From the human T2T-CHM13v2.0 reference genome, Homo sapiens, in NCBI RefSeq assembly GCF_009914755.1, contig NC_060932.1: a stretch of 64,000 nucleotides of DNA. One strand, 5' to 3'. Below are positions 12,857-25,989 of this stretch, one piece after another; the stretch's first letter is position 1, and every line of letters begins with the position of its first letter. Under the pieces are notes generated by a model that saw only the letters and a program-made list of their open reading frames with translations, was not told the DNA's origin and made no database searches. The position numbers and the translations under genes are program-made.

Positions 12857-14292
12857 GGTGGAACATGAGGCAGAGAGCAAAATCTTTTACTGCTTTTCAT
12901 TCCTATCAAATGAGATGATGCCCCAGCAGAGCAGGGCAGTGGGCGTCATCCTGTGGCCTTACCCTCCACGGGCCCACTTTGGGCGGCTGTCCCTCCAGGG
13001 GCCCCCTCCCGCCTCCCTGCTTTCTTTTTGGCATTTCTTGGAAATGAGTGGTTGTCTTGGATAGTTTTCTGTTTGAAGGGGTGAGCACCAGAGCTTGCGT
13101 GCTTTTCTGTTGCCTCCCCTCCTTCCCACACACATGTAAGATGGCACACCATTAATATGGTGCCTTGACATGCTGAGGAGGCGGGTACAGTTGTTGGGGA
13201 AAGTTAAAAATGAAAGAAAGGCCAGGAAGCTGTCTCTGCAGGTAAGCGTGGAGGACGTAGGACCCGTTCAGAATCCCGTGGCAGATGGATGCTGCCTTTC
13301 ACCCTGTTTTGCCCTCTGTTTCAAAGAAGGCGGAAACACCGTTTTCTCATTAAATTTATCTCCAGCATTTGCTGACGTCGTCATCAGTCCTGGCTAGTGC
13401 CTGGCACCCTGAGGAGCTCTGCCCAGCGGTACCACCACCTGGATTGCATGAAATGCCCATCCACCCATGGTCTCCACGACCAGAACTGGCTTCTGAAGAA
13501 GGTTCCTGGGCCCATAGGACTCCACTTTGTGTGTAGTTGTGCTAATCAGAGATGTGGCCTCTGATGGAGGCAGGACTGGGGGTGCCCAGGGTTCCCTGCA
13601 GCAGGACACTCCTCTGCTGGGGCTGGGGGTGTCTCCATAGCCCCTCCCTCTGCCCAGATTTCGACCCAGGGGAGAGTATGACAGGTCCACGCCCTCTGGG
13701 TGCAGCTGGACTGGCCAGGCCGTCCTTGGGCCAAGGCTACTGGATCCAGCCTCAGGGCTGGTCACTAGCTCCAGGCTGCAGGAATGTGGAGCTCTCCACA
13801 GTTCGCCACTGTTAACATTTCACCCAGGAGGGTGTCCTCGGGAGACCCTGGCGGGAGCCCGGGAGCCGCGGAGGGGCTGAGGAGCCGCCCAGCCCTCTGG
13901 CGGGTTGGGAGCGAGGCCCCTGCCCTTGCTGACAGGCCACATGACCTTGGTCTTTGATACAGAAAGCCACCATTTAATGACAGTGCTCTGGCTTGGAAAC
14001 TTAGGTGAGTTTCTAGCCAATAACTTTTACGACAAATAGAAATAGGGATAATGGCCTGGTGTCTTTTCTGAGGATTCTGTGGTACTTTAATTATAATTTC
14101 CCCCATTATTAAGTCAACCGTCCACTTAAAAGTGCCCCTGAAGATCAGGATCCAGCAGGAAGTTACTGCGACCTCATTTCTTCCCTGCGTGGGGACACAG
14201 TTGGTGCTGTTACTTTAGATCATCACTTTTCTGGTTTTTTTCCCCATATTTCTTTTCTACATAATTGTAGTCATTGAATATAAATTTTTAAC

Positions 14293-14584
14293 TTTTTTTT
14301 TTTGAGACGGAGTCTCGCTCTCTCACCCAGGCTGGAGTGAAGTGGTGTGATCTTGGCTCACTGCAACCTCCACTTCCCGGGTTCAAGGATTCTCCTGCCT
14401 CAGTCTCCTGAGTAGCTGGGATTATAGACACCTGCCACCATGCCCAGCTAATTTTTGTATTTTTAGTAGAGACAGGGTTTCACCGTGTTGGCCAGGCTGG
14501 TCTCGAACTCCTGACCTCAAGTGATCTGCCCACGTTGGCCTCCGAAAGTGATGGGATGACAGGCGTGAGCCACCACATGTGGCC
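14293..14584 (-). mobile_element. Alu (AluS-like)
   Basis: Poly-T followed by gagacggagtctcgctc...gagccaccacatgtggcc; TSD atttttaac. Confidence 0.93.
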
Positions 14585-16907
14585 TGATTTTTAACATTTT
14601 GAGTGTAGGTTTTTATACCGCGTTAACATTTGTGTTTGTGAGTATTTTCAGGCTGCTGCTCGTTTTTCGTAAGTGTCCTCCTCAGTGGCTGCTCTTGGGG
14701 CCTCCTGGCAGGGGTGCTGTTGTGTGTTCCAGTGGAATCATTCTTTAGTCCATGCCCATTCCTCACCTTTACCAGGTCCCTGTGCCTTCTCTAGAAATGT
14801 CTTTGGCAACACGTCAGGTCATCACAAGGGGAAGTGGTGTTGGAGAGGCAGCCTGTGCACCAGGAAAGATTTCAGGCTCTGCTGCCCAGCTGCTGGGGTT
14901 CAAATGTTGACCCTGAGGTGTGTGAGCTGATGACCTAAGCAGCCTTCAATTTCTGTCATTCCTGGAAAAAACAGAACCCCTCTCATAAGTTTGGGGAGGA
15001 TTTGACAAGTTAGCATTTATGAAGTACTTAGACCTAGCTGGTAAGCACTCAGCAAATCCATTCAGAAGATGATCTGGGATTTCTCAGAATGCAAAACAAG
15101 TCACACTGCCAGCTAAAGCCTTTCTCTAATTAGTAGCAAAATTCCAATGCAAATTACATTAGGGCAAAAGAAATAAGTACAATTGGCATGTTAATGTTGG
15201 TTCACAAAAAATCATTTACCAAATACCTGGTAACTTCCATAATGAGCTCAGACAGACGCCAGCACTCACACTGGCATCGTCTCTGGGGGCAGCTTTGTTT
15301 CTGGGGGCAGCATTGTTTCTGGGGGATGGCACTGTTTCTGGGGAGGCCTCCTTCAGCACAAGCAGCTACAAACCGCAGTGACACCCAGAGCCAAGAAGTG
15401 GTTATGAATAGCCTCTTGTGGCTGAAGCTGTTTGCAGCCTGGTGCTTTTTAAAGGACTTTTCTTTAAACAATAGAGCTAAAACACAAACAGCCTTCATTC
15501 AAAATAAGAGAAAATCATATCCCGAGTTAAACCTTCATATGAGAATCAAACATGCTCTTCCAAGCCCCAGGAAAAGTAACACTTAGCTTTTATCTCTGAT
15601 CTTAAAAAATGAGTATTACTTTAATCTTGTTCTCAGTGTGTTAATCGTTGCATGTCTTTAAAAGTTCTTCATGGACTTGGAACAGTCAGAGCGCTGTCTG
15701 CTCACGAGGGAAGGTGGCCCGGGAATGGGTGGCCTGCTTCTCCAGGGCTGGCGGCCAGTTCTCTCCCACTCAGGGTGCTGGGACCAGAGCCACCAGGTCT
15801 TGGTAGCTTGTAGAATAAATATTTCGCTAAAGAAAACAGAAAATTGAAGTGTTCTATGCGTCTTCTTTTGCATCGTGCATATTGTATTTGTCGTCCTCTC
15901 TTCAGTATCTCTGTAAAAAGAGGTACGCGGGGTCCTCCGTCTTAGTCCTCAGGTTAAGTGGCTTTGTACGCGCCACACGGCGTTTCCTACTTGTTGCAAC
16001 ATGCCCCAGGGAGGGATTCTTTCCATTCTGTGATTCCTTTCTATAGACGAGGGATGGGGTCTCGTGGCCAGCAAGCAAAGTTTGAACTCAGCTCTCCGAC
16101 TCCAGAAGCCGTTCTCTAATCCACGACTCTGTACTTAGCATTTCTTGTGTAGATTTGTCCGGGGGCTTCAGAATAACACAGCAGGATGGGAGATGTGCTG
16201 CGCAGCGATGGGTGTGTCGTGGTTTCTGTTTGTTGTTTATTCAGTGAATGTTGTATTCACTATTAAATGTATTCACTATGTAAATGTAGGGAAGCTACAT
16301 TTCAGGTACTACAAATGACTTTACAGTTTATAATCTAAATTGGGTAATTAAAAAAATTACAATGCATGTTAATTGTAGAATAAAAACTAAAATATAGACA
16401 AGTCACGAAAAAGAAAATACTTCACCTCTGGGAGATTAGTACTGTTAAAATTTTATTGAATATTCTTCCAGTGTTTTAGAAGTAGTCTTTTTTTTTCCCC
16501 TTGAAACAAACTTTTAAATGCCGTTAATATAAGTGATAGTATCTGCATGGTTATGTTTCAAACATTAGCAGTTTTTTTCCCTGACAAACCTAGGCAGCAC
16601 TTGTTTTTATATGTATAGTTTATTTAAAGTGAGAGATTAAGTTTTTTTATTTATGGCTTTATTAAGATATAATTCATATCTTAGTACCGTTTACCTATTT
16701 AACTTGTAAAGCTCCGTGGCTTTTACTGTATTCACAAGCATGTAGGACCATCACACAGTCAGTGCTGGTCACCCCTAGACACCGCTCCCCACCCCGGGCA
16801 GAGGGTAACTAAATTTTAAACTAAACTTAGATACTTTATTTGTACCCTTTTGCTCATTAAGAAAAGAGCACTTAAAACTAACTTCAAATTAGAATAGCCA
16901 AAATCCA

Positions 16908-18290
16908 GAACACAGATGGTAAATGCTGAGAAGGGTGTGGGGCGGCTGCGGGGACACAGACGGCAAATGCTGAGAAGGGCGTAGGGCGGCCGTGTGGACA
17001 CAGCAAATGCCGAGGAGGGCATGGGGCAGCCACGTGGACACAGACAGCAAATGCCGAGGAGGGCATGGGGCGGCCACGTGGACACAGAAGGCAAATGCCG
17101 AGGAGGGCGTGGGCCGGCCGCGTGGACACAGAGGGCAAATGCTGAGGAGGGCGTGGGGCGGCCACATGGACACAGACAGCAAATGCTGAGGGGGGCGTGG
17201 GGCAGCCACGTGGACACAGGGCAAATGCTGAGGAGGGCGTGGGGCGGCCACGTGGGCATGGACAGCAAATGCTGAGGAGGGCGTGGGGCCAGCTGCGTGG
17301 ACACAGACGGCAAATGCTGAGGAGGGCGTGGGGCAGTCGTGTGGACACAGACGGCAAATGCTGAGGAGGGCGTGGGGTGGCCACGTGGGCATGGATGGCA
17401 AATGCTGAGGAGGGCATGGGGTGGCCACGTGGTCACAGACAGCAAATGCTGAGGAGGGCGTGGGGCGGCCACGTGGACATAGAGGGCAAATGCTGAGGAG
17501 GGCGTGGGCCGGCTGCGTGGACACAGGGCAAATGCTGAGGAGGGCTTGGGCGGCCACGTGGACACAGACAGCAAATGCTGAGGAGGGCGTGGGGCGACCA
17601 TGTGGACACAGAGGGCAAATGCTGAGGAGGGCGTGGGCCGGCTGCGTGGACACAGAGGGCAAATGCTGAGGAGGGCGTGGGCCGGCTGCATGGACACAGA
17701 GGGCAAATGCTGAGGAGGGCGTGGGCCGGCTGCGTGGACACAGAGGGCAAATGCTGAGGAGGGCGTGGGCCGGCTGCATGGACACAGAGGGCAAATGCTG
17801 AGGAGGGTGTGGGGCGGCCACGTGGACACAGAGGGCAAATGCTGAGGAGGGCGTGGGCCGGCTGCGTGGACACAGAGGGCAAATGCTGAGGAGGGCGTGG
17901 GCCGGCTGCATGGACACAGAGGGCAAATGCTGAGGAGGGCGTGGGGCGGCCACATGGGCATGGATGGCAAATGCTAAGGAGGGCGTGGGGCAGTCGCGTG
18001 GACACAGACGGCAAATGCTGAGGAGGGTGTGGGGCGGCCGCGTGGGCATGGACGGCAAATGCTGAGGAGGGCGTGGGGCAACCGTGTGGACAGACGGCAA
18101 ATGCCGAGGAGGGTGTGGGGCGGCCGCGTGGACACAGACGGCAAATGCTGAGGAGGGTGTGGGGCAACCGCGTGGGCATGGACGGCAAGTGCGGAAGACG
18201 GCATGGGCCACCCGCGTGGACACAGATGGCAAATGCTGAGGAGGGCGTGGGGCAGCTGCGTGGACACAGACGGCAAATGCTGAGGAGGGC
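16908..18290 (+). repeat. ~44-bp minisatellite (GGACACAGAGGGCAAATGCTGAGGAGGGCGTGGGCCGGCTGCGT), ~32 units
   Basis: Direct reading. Confidence 0.96.
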
Positions 18291-18812
18291 CGGGTGCTGG
18301 CGGGTGGCTAGAGGGCGTGGGGCAGCCGCGTGGGAGGGCAGTTTGGTGGCTTCTTCAAACCTGAGCACACTCTTACCGTGTGACTTGCAGCCATGCCCCG
18401 GCGTATTTATTTAAATGAGTTGAAAACTTAATGTCCACTCAATACCTGCCCATATAGGTGTTGATAGCAGCTTTATTCATAATTGCCAGAACCCAGAAGC
18501 AGCCATGATGTCCTTCAGGAGGTGAATGGATGGATAAACTGGGGCCCATTCAGACAGTGGAACATTCAGTGCTAGGAAGAAATGAGCTGCCAAGCCGTGA
18601 AAAGACATGGAGGAGCCTTAAATGCATCTTACTGAGCGAGAGAAGCCAACCTGAAAAGGCTGCGCCCGGTGCGATTCCAACCACGTGACATTCTAGAAAA
18701 CAAAATTATACAGTAACAAGCTCAGGGTTGCTAGGGGTTTGCGGGGGGGAGGGGTGACAGGCGGAGCACGGGATTTTTAGGGCCACGAAATTCCTTGATA
18801 ATGGTGCATCCA

Positions 18813-19170
18813 TGTCATTACACGCCTGTCCAAACCCATAGAAGGCACAGCACCAGGAGCGAGGCCTCACGCACACCGTGGGCTTTAGTTAGCGACGTAC
18901 CTCAACATCATTACACGCCTGTCCAAACCCATAGAAGGCACAGCACCAGGAGCGAGGCCTCACGCACACCGTGGGCTTTAGTTAGCGACGTACCTCAGTG
19001 TTGGCTCCTCACACAGAAGGCACAGCACCAGGAGCGAGGCCTCACGCACACCGTGGGCTTTAGTTAGTGACATACCTCATTGTTGGCTCCTCACACAGAA
19101 GGCACAGCACCAGGAGCGAGGCCTAACACACACCGTGGGCTTTAGTTAGTGACGTACCTCAGTGTTGGCT
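18813..19170 (+). repeat. 82-93-bp tandem repeat x4 (core agaaggcacagcaccaggagcgaggcctcacgcacaccgtgggctttagttag)
   Basis: Core found at ~18840, 18933, 19015 and 19097. Confidence 0.92.
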
Positions 19171-19295
19171 TCTCAGTTGCAACAAGTGTTCCACTCTGGC
19201 AAAGGATGGGGGATAGTGTTGGGGGAGGCTCTCTTTGGGGGTGGGGAGTATATGAGAACTCTCTGTACCTTCCTCTCAATTTTCCTGTGAACCTA

Positions 19296-19636
<341 letters not shown>

Positions 19637-19903
19637 TAATAACCAAATGGAAATGAATCTCTGCTGCAGACCATATGAAGACAGACACAAGCAGAGGGGC
19701 CCTGTGGGTGTGGGGACGGCTCTCAGGCTCAGACAGGCCGTTAGCCGTCTTGATAGCTCGAGATTCAGGCCTGCGAGGTCCACTAGGCTCAGGTGTCTAC
19801 AAAACTTAGAATTGATAAGAATTAAATAACAACAACAACTGAGGCTCTTGGTCACACTGGCCACCCCAAGTGCAATAGCCATGTGTGACTTGAGCTGTCC
19901 TGC

Positions 19904-20280
19904 GGGCCCTCTAGAACCTCTCCATCATCCTGGAGAGGACCGGGGAGCAGCACCGTTTCTGTCCTGAGGGCCCTCTAGAACCTCTCCATCATCCTGGAGA
20001 GGACCGGGGAGCAGCACCGTTTCTGTCCTGAGGGCCCTCTAGAACCTCTCCATCATCCTGGAGAGGACCGGGGAGCAGCACCGTTTCTGTCCTGAGGGCC
20101 CTCTAGAACCTCTCCATCATCCTGGAGAGGACCGGGGAGCAGCACCGTTTCTGTCCTGAGGGCCCTCTAGAACCTCTCCATCATCCTGGAGAGGACCGGG
20201 GAGCAGCACCGTTTCTGTCCTGAGGGCCCTCTAGAACCTCTCCATCATCCTGGAGAGAACCCGGGAGCAGCACCTTTTCT
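19904..20280 (+). repeat. 64-bp minisatellite x6 (gggccctctagaacctctccatcatcctggagaggaccggggagcagcaccgtttctgtcctga)
   Basis: Unit starts at 19904, 19968, 20032, 20096, 20160 and 20224; adjoins a MER3-like remnant at ~19840-19900. Confidence 0.96.
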
Positions 20281-20741
20281 AGCAGCAGCATTTCGAAGAT
20301 TGGATTGTCAGGTAACTTCCTCGCCCTTTTTTGCATATAGGCATAACTTAAAATGGGCATGGTCATATTATGTCATAATGATTGGAAACGTAATGTTTCT
20401 TAAAGTTTTCTATTTCATAACTTGTTTTAGAAATGTGTGCCTTAATTGATGAGCCAATTACCTGCATACTCACAAGTGTAAAAAGTCAGGTTGGTAAGAA
20501 GTCAGTGCCACCAAGGCAGCCCCAATGGCCCTGCTGTGACGGAAACAGTCTGAATCCTGAGGCTTAAATGGCTGCTGCTGTCGGTCAGCATTAGGGGTGT
20601 CGTGTCAAGCTGCCGGTGACCCACAAGGGCTGGCCCCTGAATGCAGCAGAGCCTGCAGTTTTCCTGGGAAGTGCAGCTGTGGCCAGAGGGCAGCCTGTCC
20701 TGGGCAGGCCAGAGGAGAGGGGCAGGGGAAGAATGGTCCCC

Positions 20742-20815
20742 AGGTTAGATTTGGGCCGGGCGCTGGCGGGTGGTTAGATTTGGGCCGGGCACTGGCGGGT
20801 GGTTAGATTTGGGCT
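20742..20815 (+). repeat. 29-bp tandem repeat x2.5 (ggttagatttgggccgggcgctggcgggt)
   Basis: Direct reading. Confidence 0.85.
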
Positions 20816-23092
20816 GGATGCCTGTGGGTCGGCACGGGCTGCACTGCCGTCTGTGTTTCCTCCTCCGTGTCATGGCCTTCATGGGTGACTCTCAGAACCT
20901 GCCGTCCTGAGTGGGCAGGAGGGGCACAGAGCCTCTCCCTAGGTGCAGCCCTGCCCAGGCCGCCCTTCCCTGCTTCCCTGCCAGCTGCCTACCCAGAGCG
21001 CCGGGCCCTTCCCGCCCACCTCCTGGGCTCCACAGGGACCAACGGGCGGAGAACACTGGGCCATGGTGTGTCCAGCGAATGACGGCTACACTGCAGATTC
21101 CCCAACAGCTTTTTGAAAGATCCATGTCGTCTCAAACTACAACACGTTGTATCTCCTGAGATGCTTTCAGCAGCCCTTGAGCATCTTTTCTAGTTTGCAA
21201 ATTGTAGTTTTTCTCATCAGTGTTCTCCTTCAGCTGAATGGCTGGGTTCTGAAGCTGGGGTTTTGAGAAGCGGGAATTCCTTCTGTGGCTGCAGCAGGAG
21301 TGTTGTGGGAACCGACCCAGCCCAGCTTGCCTGGCTCCCGCCAGGGCCCTGAGGATGGCACAGGACCTTTTGTGTTGGAAAGGGCTTGGCCGAGCTTGCG
21401 GGGGAGCCTCCTGGGTTGCAGGCCGGAAGTCCCAGGTCAGGGTGCTGGCAGGCTGTGTGTGCTCCCCGGGAATGTAGGTCACAGCCTTCCTTGCCTCTTC
21501 CAGCGCCCGCCGGCTGTGGGCACTCCCGGGAGTTCCTGCAGCTGCACTGCCAGGTGGCTCCTCGTCCCTGTGCTGGCCTCTGCTGTCATGAGGACACTGC
21601 CACACTGGGTTAGCCGAGCCTGCTCTAGCACAGCCTCCTGTAAACCAATTGCACCTGCAGTCACCTGTTTGCAGACGAGCTCACCAGCAGACTGGGGGTG
21701 AGGATTTCAGCACAGGGATTTAGGGGACACAATTGAACCTGTCAGGGCTGGTGTCAGAACTAAACTTAGGACCCCAAATGCTGGGATTTTTAAAGGCATT
21801 CTGCATTGCACTTCACTAAGGGACCTGGGGAGCTCGGGTGGGGTCTGTGATGCCCAGGATCCCCCAGGGCCCAGGGCAGTGTCTGGGATGGACATGCTCA
21901 GCACACACCACCTTGAACGCCCGGCCCCATGCTCACCTCAGAGGGCGGCGCAGCCTCACCATCGATGGAGGCCCCCTTGGAGGTGGGGGTCAGAGGAGCA
22001 GCCCAGCTCCAGGCGGCCTCGCCCTCTGTCCTGGGCGCCCGCCGTGGGCACAGCTGTGGGCACCCATGCAGGCAGGGGTGCAGCCTCAGGTGGTTACATT
22101 GAGCACAACTTCTTTGAGTTCTTGTAGAAAGGCTATTTTTTTCTTACTGGAACTGAATTCTGAGAGGAATTTGTAACACACATCATTCTGCAGAGTCTAT
22201 ATAACTTGAAAGTCTTTCCCTGCAGTGTTTGCAGAGGATGGAGGGCAGCTCCGCCAGTGTCTGCCAGTCTTTCAATGACAGCAGAGAGCTCTTGAATTCC
22301 AAGCCCCAAGCCCCTTCCAAGCCCCTCCAAGTCTAAACTAACAAGATTTAAACTTTTGGAGGAATTTCTTGATTGCTTTGATTTCCCTTGTATAGTAGAA
22401 TTCTACTTAAATTTTACTAGGGGAAAAAGTGAGTTATTTTGGCAAAAAACAGTTTGAAGCTTGCTCATCTGCTCGTCATTCTCTCATTCATTCGCTCACA
22501 TGATGTGCGTGTCACACATTGCCGCCAACCAGGTTTCCCACTGCACCTTGCTGGGCGGTGAGCAGAGGTGCCGGCTCCGAGAACGCATGCGGTTCTTCTC
22601 AGGGTCATACCTGTACCTGGCACACGGGACATGCACTGTCCCAGGTAATCCCACCGGTCTCCCGGGGCTGGTGTCACAGCCCAGGAGGTGGCGTATGGGG
22701 AGGGAGTGGAGGGGCCTCGGTGTCTCCTCAGGGCTGTTTCCTGCACACACGGGCTCCTGTTCACGGCCTTCCTTCCTGAAGACTTTAAAGAGAATTCCTT
22801 CTTCCTGTATGGGGTACAGTGTGGGTTCCGGTCCCAACAGCTCATGTTTCTCCCCTTGCAGATATTTGAGAGCCTATTTTGTACCAGACATTGTCAAGCT
22901 TTTTTAAAAAACAATATTTATAGACTCATGTCTAGGTGTATTTTATCTAATTGTTTGAGTTCAGCGGTAGTAAACTATAATTTCCAAAAAAGAGAGTTGA
23001 CAATATAAAAATCTAGTGTGATTGTGTCACCGTCTGGATGAATCTGAACATGTGCCTGGCAGTGACTTTTTTTGGGGTGGTCAGAACAGAAA

Positions 23093-23396
23093 CTTTTTTT
23101 GGGGTGGGGGACAAGGTGTTGCTCTGTCCCCCAGGCTGCAGTGCGGTGGCGCAATCTCAGCTCACTGCAACTTCCGCTTACTGGGTTCAGGTGATCCTCC
23201 CACCTCAGCCTTCGGAGTAGGTGGGACCACAGGTCCACGCCTTCACCCCAGGCTAATTTTTGTACCTTTTTTTTTTTTTAAGAGACGGGGTTTCACTATG
23301 TTGTCCAGGCTGGTCTCAAATTCCTGGGCTCAAGCAATTAGTCCTCCTTGGCCTTTGAAAGTGCTGGGATTACACGTGTGAGCCCCTGCGCCCAGC
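23093..23396 (-). mobile_element. Alu (AluJ-like, degenerate)
   Basis: gctctgtcccccaggctgcagtgc...gtgctgggattacacgtgtgagcccctgcgcccagc. Confidence 0.88.
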
Positions 23397-25120
23397 AATA
23401 CATAAACATTTTCACTGATCATTTTCGTCACGGCATTTAGTCGGCATTGTTTCCGCAGCACGTTTATTTGGCAAACATGATTTTTTCTCCCCAAACGTGA
23501 ATTCTGTGGAAATGACAGTTGCATTTGGAAAATATTCCAGAAAACAGTTTTTTTGTTTGTTTAACTTTTTACTTTAAAAGGTATTCACCAGTTCATTTCC
23601 ATAAACTGACTACTTAATGATATGGCAAAAAAAAAAACCCCTTCTGAAATAGGTTTTGTTTACGGTCGCTTGGGAGACAGTGAGGACTGGTTTGAAAGTA
23701 CATAGTTAACAAGGCTCAAACTCTGGAAATTAGCGGTTCTGTCCATTCCAGCTCTCCCCCTGCTTCGATTGTTTCATTTGATTAGGCTTAAATTCAAAAC
23801 TTTGAATTTAGAGAAGTCTTTGACCCTCTAGGAAGTGGGTGAGGCTTTGGTATCTGGGCAGAGCAGAGTTCACCATCCAGAAGGACAGCAACACACACTC
23901 CTATCAGACGTATGTTTTAAAAATAACACATTTCTGAATCCTTTTTCTTGATTCAATTTTAGTATTTGTCATTCTCATACTTGTAAAACTCGTGAGTGTT
24001 GGTGGAAGCAGTTCCAGAAAGCTCGTGGGGTCCCCAGGTGTCATGGTCAGCTGGGGGTCTCATCCCCACCGTCCTTGCAGTGGTAGCTGGATCCAGTTCA
24101 CGCTGTCGTGGGCCTGGGCCCCTCTGTGTATTTGTGGTGACCTAAAAATCTGTTTCCTTCAAAAGGCACTCCTAGAATGTATGACTAGTTTAGGAGATTC
24201 AAAGGAAAATGAAACACCTCAAATTTAAAGGTTGTTTTTAGACCGCTAGAGTTCCCCGGGAGGCGACTTCCCCAGGAGGCTCGGCAGAGAGCGCCTGGAG
24301 ACTGCGTGGAGTGTAAGTGGGTTGTGTGTCTGTGGGTTGCTCCCTAGCAGGGCTCCCCCTCAGCCCCCTCCGGAGCTGCCTGCAGCCGAGCTGGGCCGTC
24401 CTGCTTGGGTGCATCTCCCTGGCCCACGGGGGATTGTCTGTGTTGGAGGGGCTTGGTTTGGGCTGACCCAGGCTCTGTCCCGAGGTGCCACCTGCTTCTG
24501 TGGATTGCCGGGCATGGCAGCAGGAGGTTTCCTCAGGAACGTGTGCTGGGAAGAAATCCCAGCCCTTGGGAAAGGCTGGCAGGGGCTGGGTTCCTCTCGC
24601 TCCTGGGTGTGCCGGGTGGTGTTGTCCCAGCACATGGGTCTCCTCTGGAAAAAGGAGAAGCACCTGTCTGCTCTGATGGTGGCACACAGTCCTAGCACGC
24701 CGTCTCTGCAAATGATGCACACGGCAGGCTGCGCCATCAGCCGTAACCCCGGTCCAAGGAGACCTGTGACTCGCCTCCTGCAAAATGTTTCTTATCAAGC
24801 ACTTACTTGGAACAGTTATTAACCATGCTCTTTAATAATTATGGAGGTTTGTATTTTAAGCTATATATCGGTGTTCATATTTGACACTGATTTTCTAACC
24901 ATCAGAGATATTTAATTAAAATTGTAAATAAGAGAGGCAAAATGAAAATAAAAGGAGAAGAATTCTAGGGAGAGATGCAAGGTGTCAGAAGTTATTTCTA
25001 AAAGTAAAGTGGATGATACTGAATTCTCTTCCAGACCATCAGCCCAGCCGGGTGATGTTCATCTGCTGGGTGCACAGATTTAAAATGTGAAAAGCTCTTT
25101 TTTCCCCTTACTTTCTCTTG

Positions 25121-25426
25121 TTTTCTTTTCTTTTTTTTTTTTTTTGAGACAGAGTTTTGCCCTGTCACCCAGGCTGGAGTGCAATGGTGCAATCTCGGTT
25201 CACTGCAACCTCCGCCTCTCGGGTTCAAGCCATTCTCCTGCCCCACCTTCCTGAGAAGCTGGGATTACAGGTGCCCGCCAACACGCCTGGCTAATTTTTT
25301 TATTTTTAGTAGAGATGGGGTTTCACCATGTTGGCCAGGCTGGTCTCAAGCTTCTTACCTTGTGATCTGCCCACCTTGGCCTCCCAAAGTGCTGGGATTA
25401 CAGATGTGAGCTACCACCCCCAGCCT
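25121..25426 (-). mobile_element. Alu (AluS-like)
   Basis: Poly-T plus antisense dimer; TSD ctcttgttttctt. Confidence 0.92.
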
Positions 25427-25584
25427 CTTGTTTTCTTCTCTGTGAGTTGTAGATCCTATTAAAAGAAAATAAAAACCAGTGACTCAGAATTCTAATGATA
25501 CTTATTTTGCCCCTTAAAAAGGTTAACTACAAGCGCAGTACAGCACAGAGGAACTTAGTCAGTGTCTCTGGCTAACATAGATCG

Positions 25585-25636
<52 letters not shown>
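25585..25636 (+). repeat. (ATCT)13 tetranucleotide microsatellite
   Basis: 13 perfect units ending 32 nt before the exon 3 start. Confidence 0.97.
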
Positions 25637-25668
25637 CTCCTTGATGTGGTTTTGGTTTTTCTTTTTAG

Positions 25669-25824
25669 AAAATGAAATGAAATATGATACCAATAATAAT
25701 GAAGAGGAAGAGGGAGAACAGTTCGATTTTGACAGTGGAGATGAAATCCCAGAAGCGGACAGACAGGCCCCATCCGCCCCTGAGACAGGAGGTGCTGGAG
25801 CCAGTGAAGCCCCTGCACCCACAG
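25669..25824 (+). CDS. ARHGEF10: ARHGEF10 exon 3 (156 nt), ENEMKYDTNNNEEEEGEQFDFDSGDEIPEAD...EAPAPT
   Basis: Acceptor tttttctttttag|; donor CAG|gtgagt; acidic peptide seen in ORF 25641..26123; phase 1-1. Confidence 0.96.
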
Positions 25825-25989
25825 GTGAGTTTCCAGGAGGGTCCCCAGGTGAGTCCCCAGGTGGGTCCCCAGGTGAGTCCCCAGGTGGGTCCCCATGTGA
25901 GTCACCAGGTGAGTTCCCAGGTGAGTCCCCAGGTGAGTCCCCAGGTGGGTCCCCAGGTGAGTCCCCTGGGGGGTTCCCAGGTGAGTCCG
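25822..25989 (+). repeat. 12-bp tandem array (CAGGTGAGTCCC) x14 overlapping the exon 3 donor
   Basis: Exact 12-nt spacing from 25825 to 25981. Confidence 0.96.

Noticed and set aside
16816-18414. Pro/His/Cys-rich ORFs up to 447 aa
   Set aside because: Translations of the 44-bp minisatellite.
19904-19915. GGGCCCTCTAGA (ApaI-XbaI) resembling a vector polylinker
   Set aside because: It is part of a native 64-bp repeat unit, with no other vector sequence nearby.
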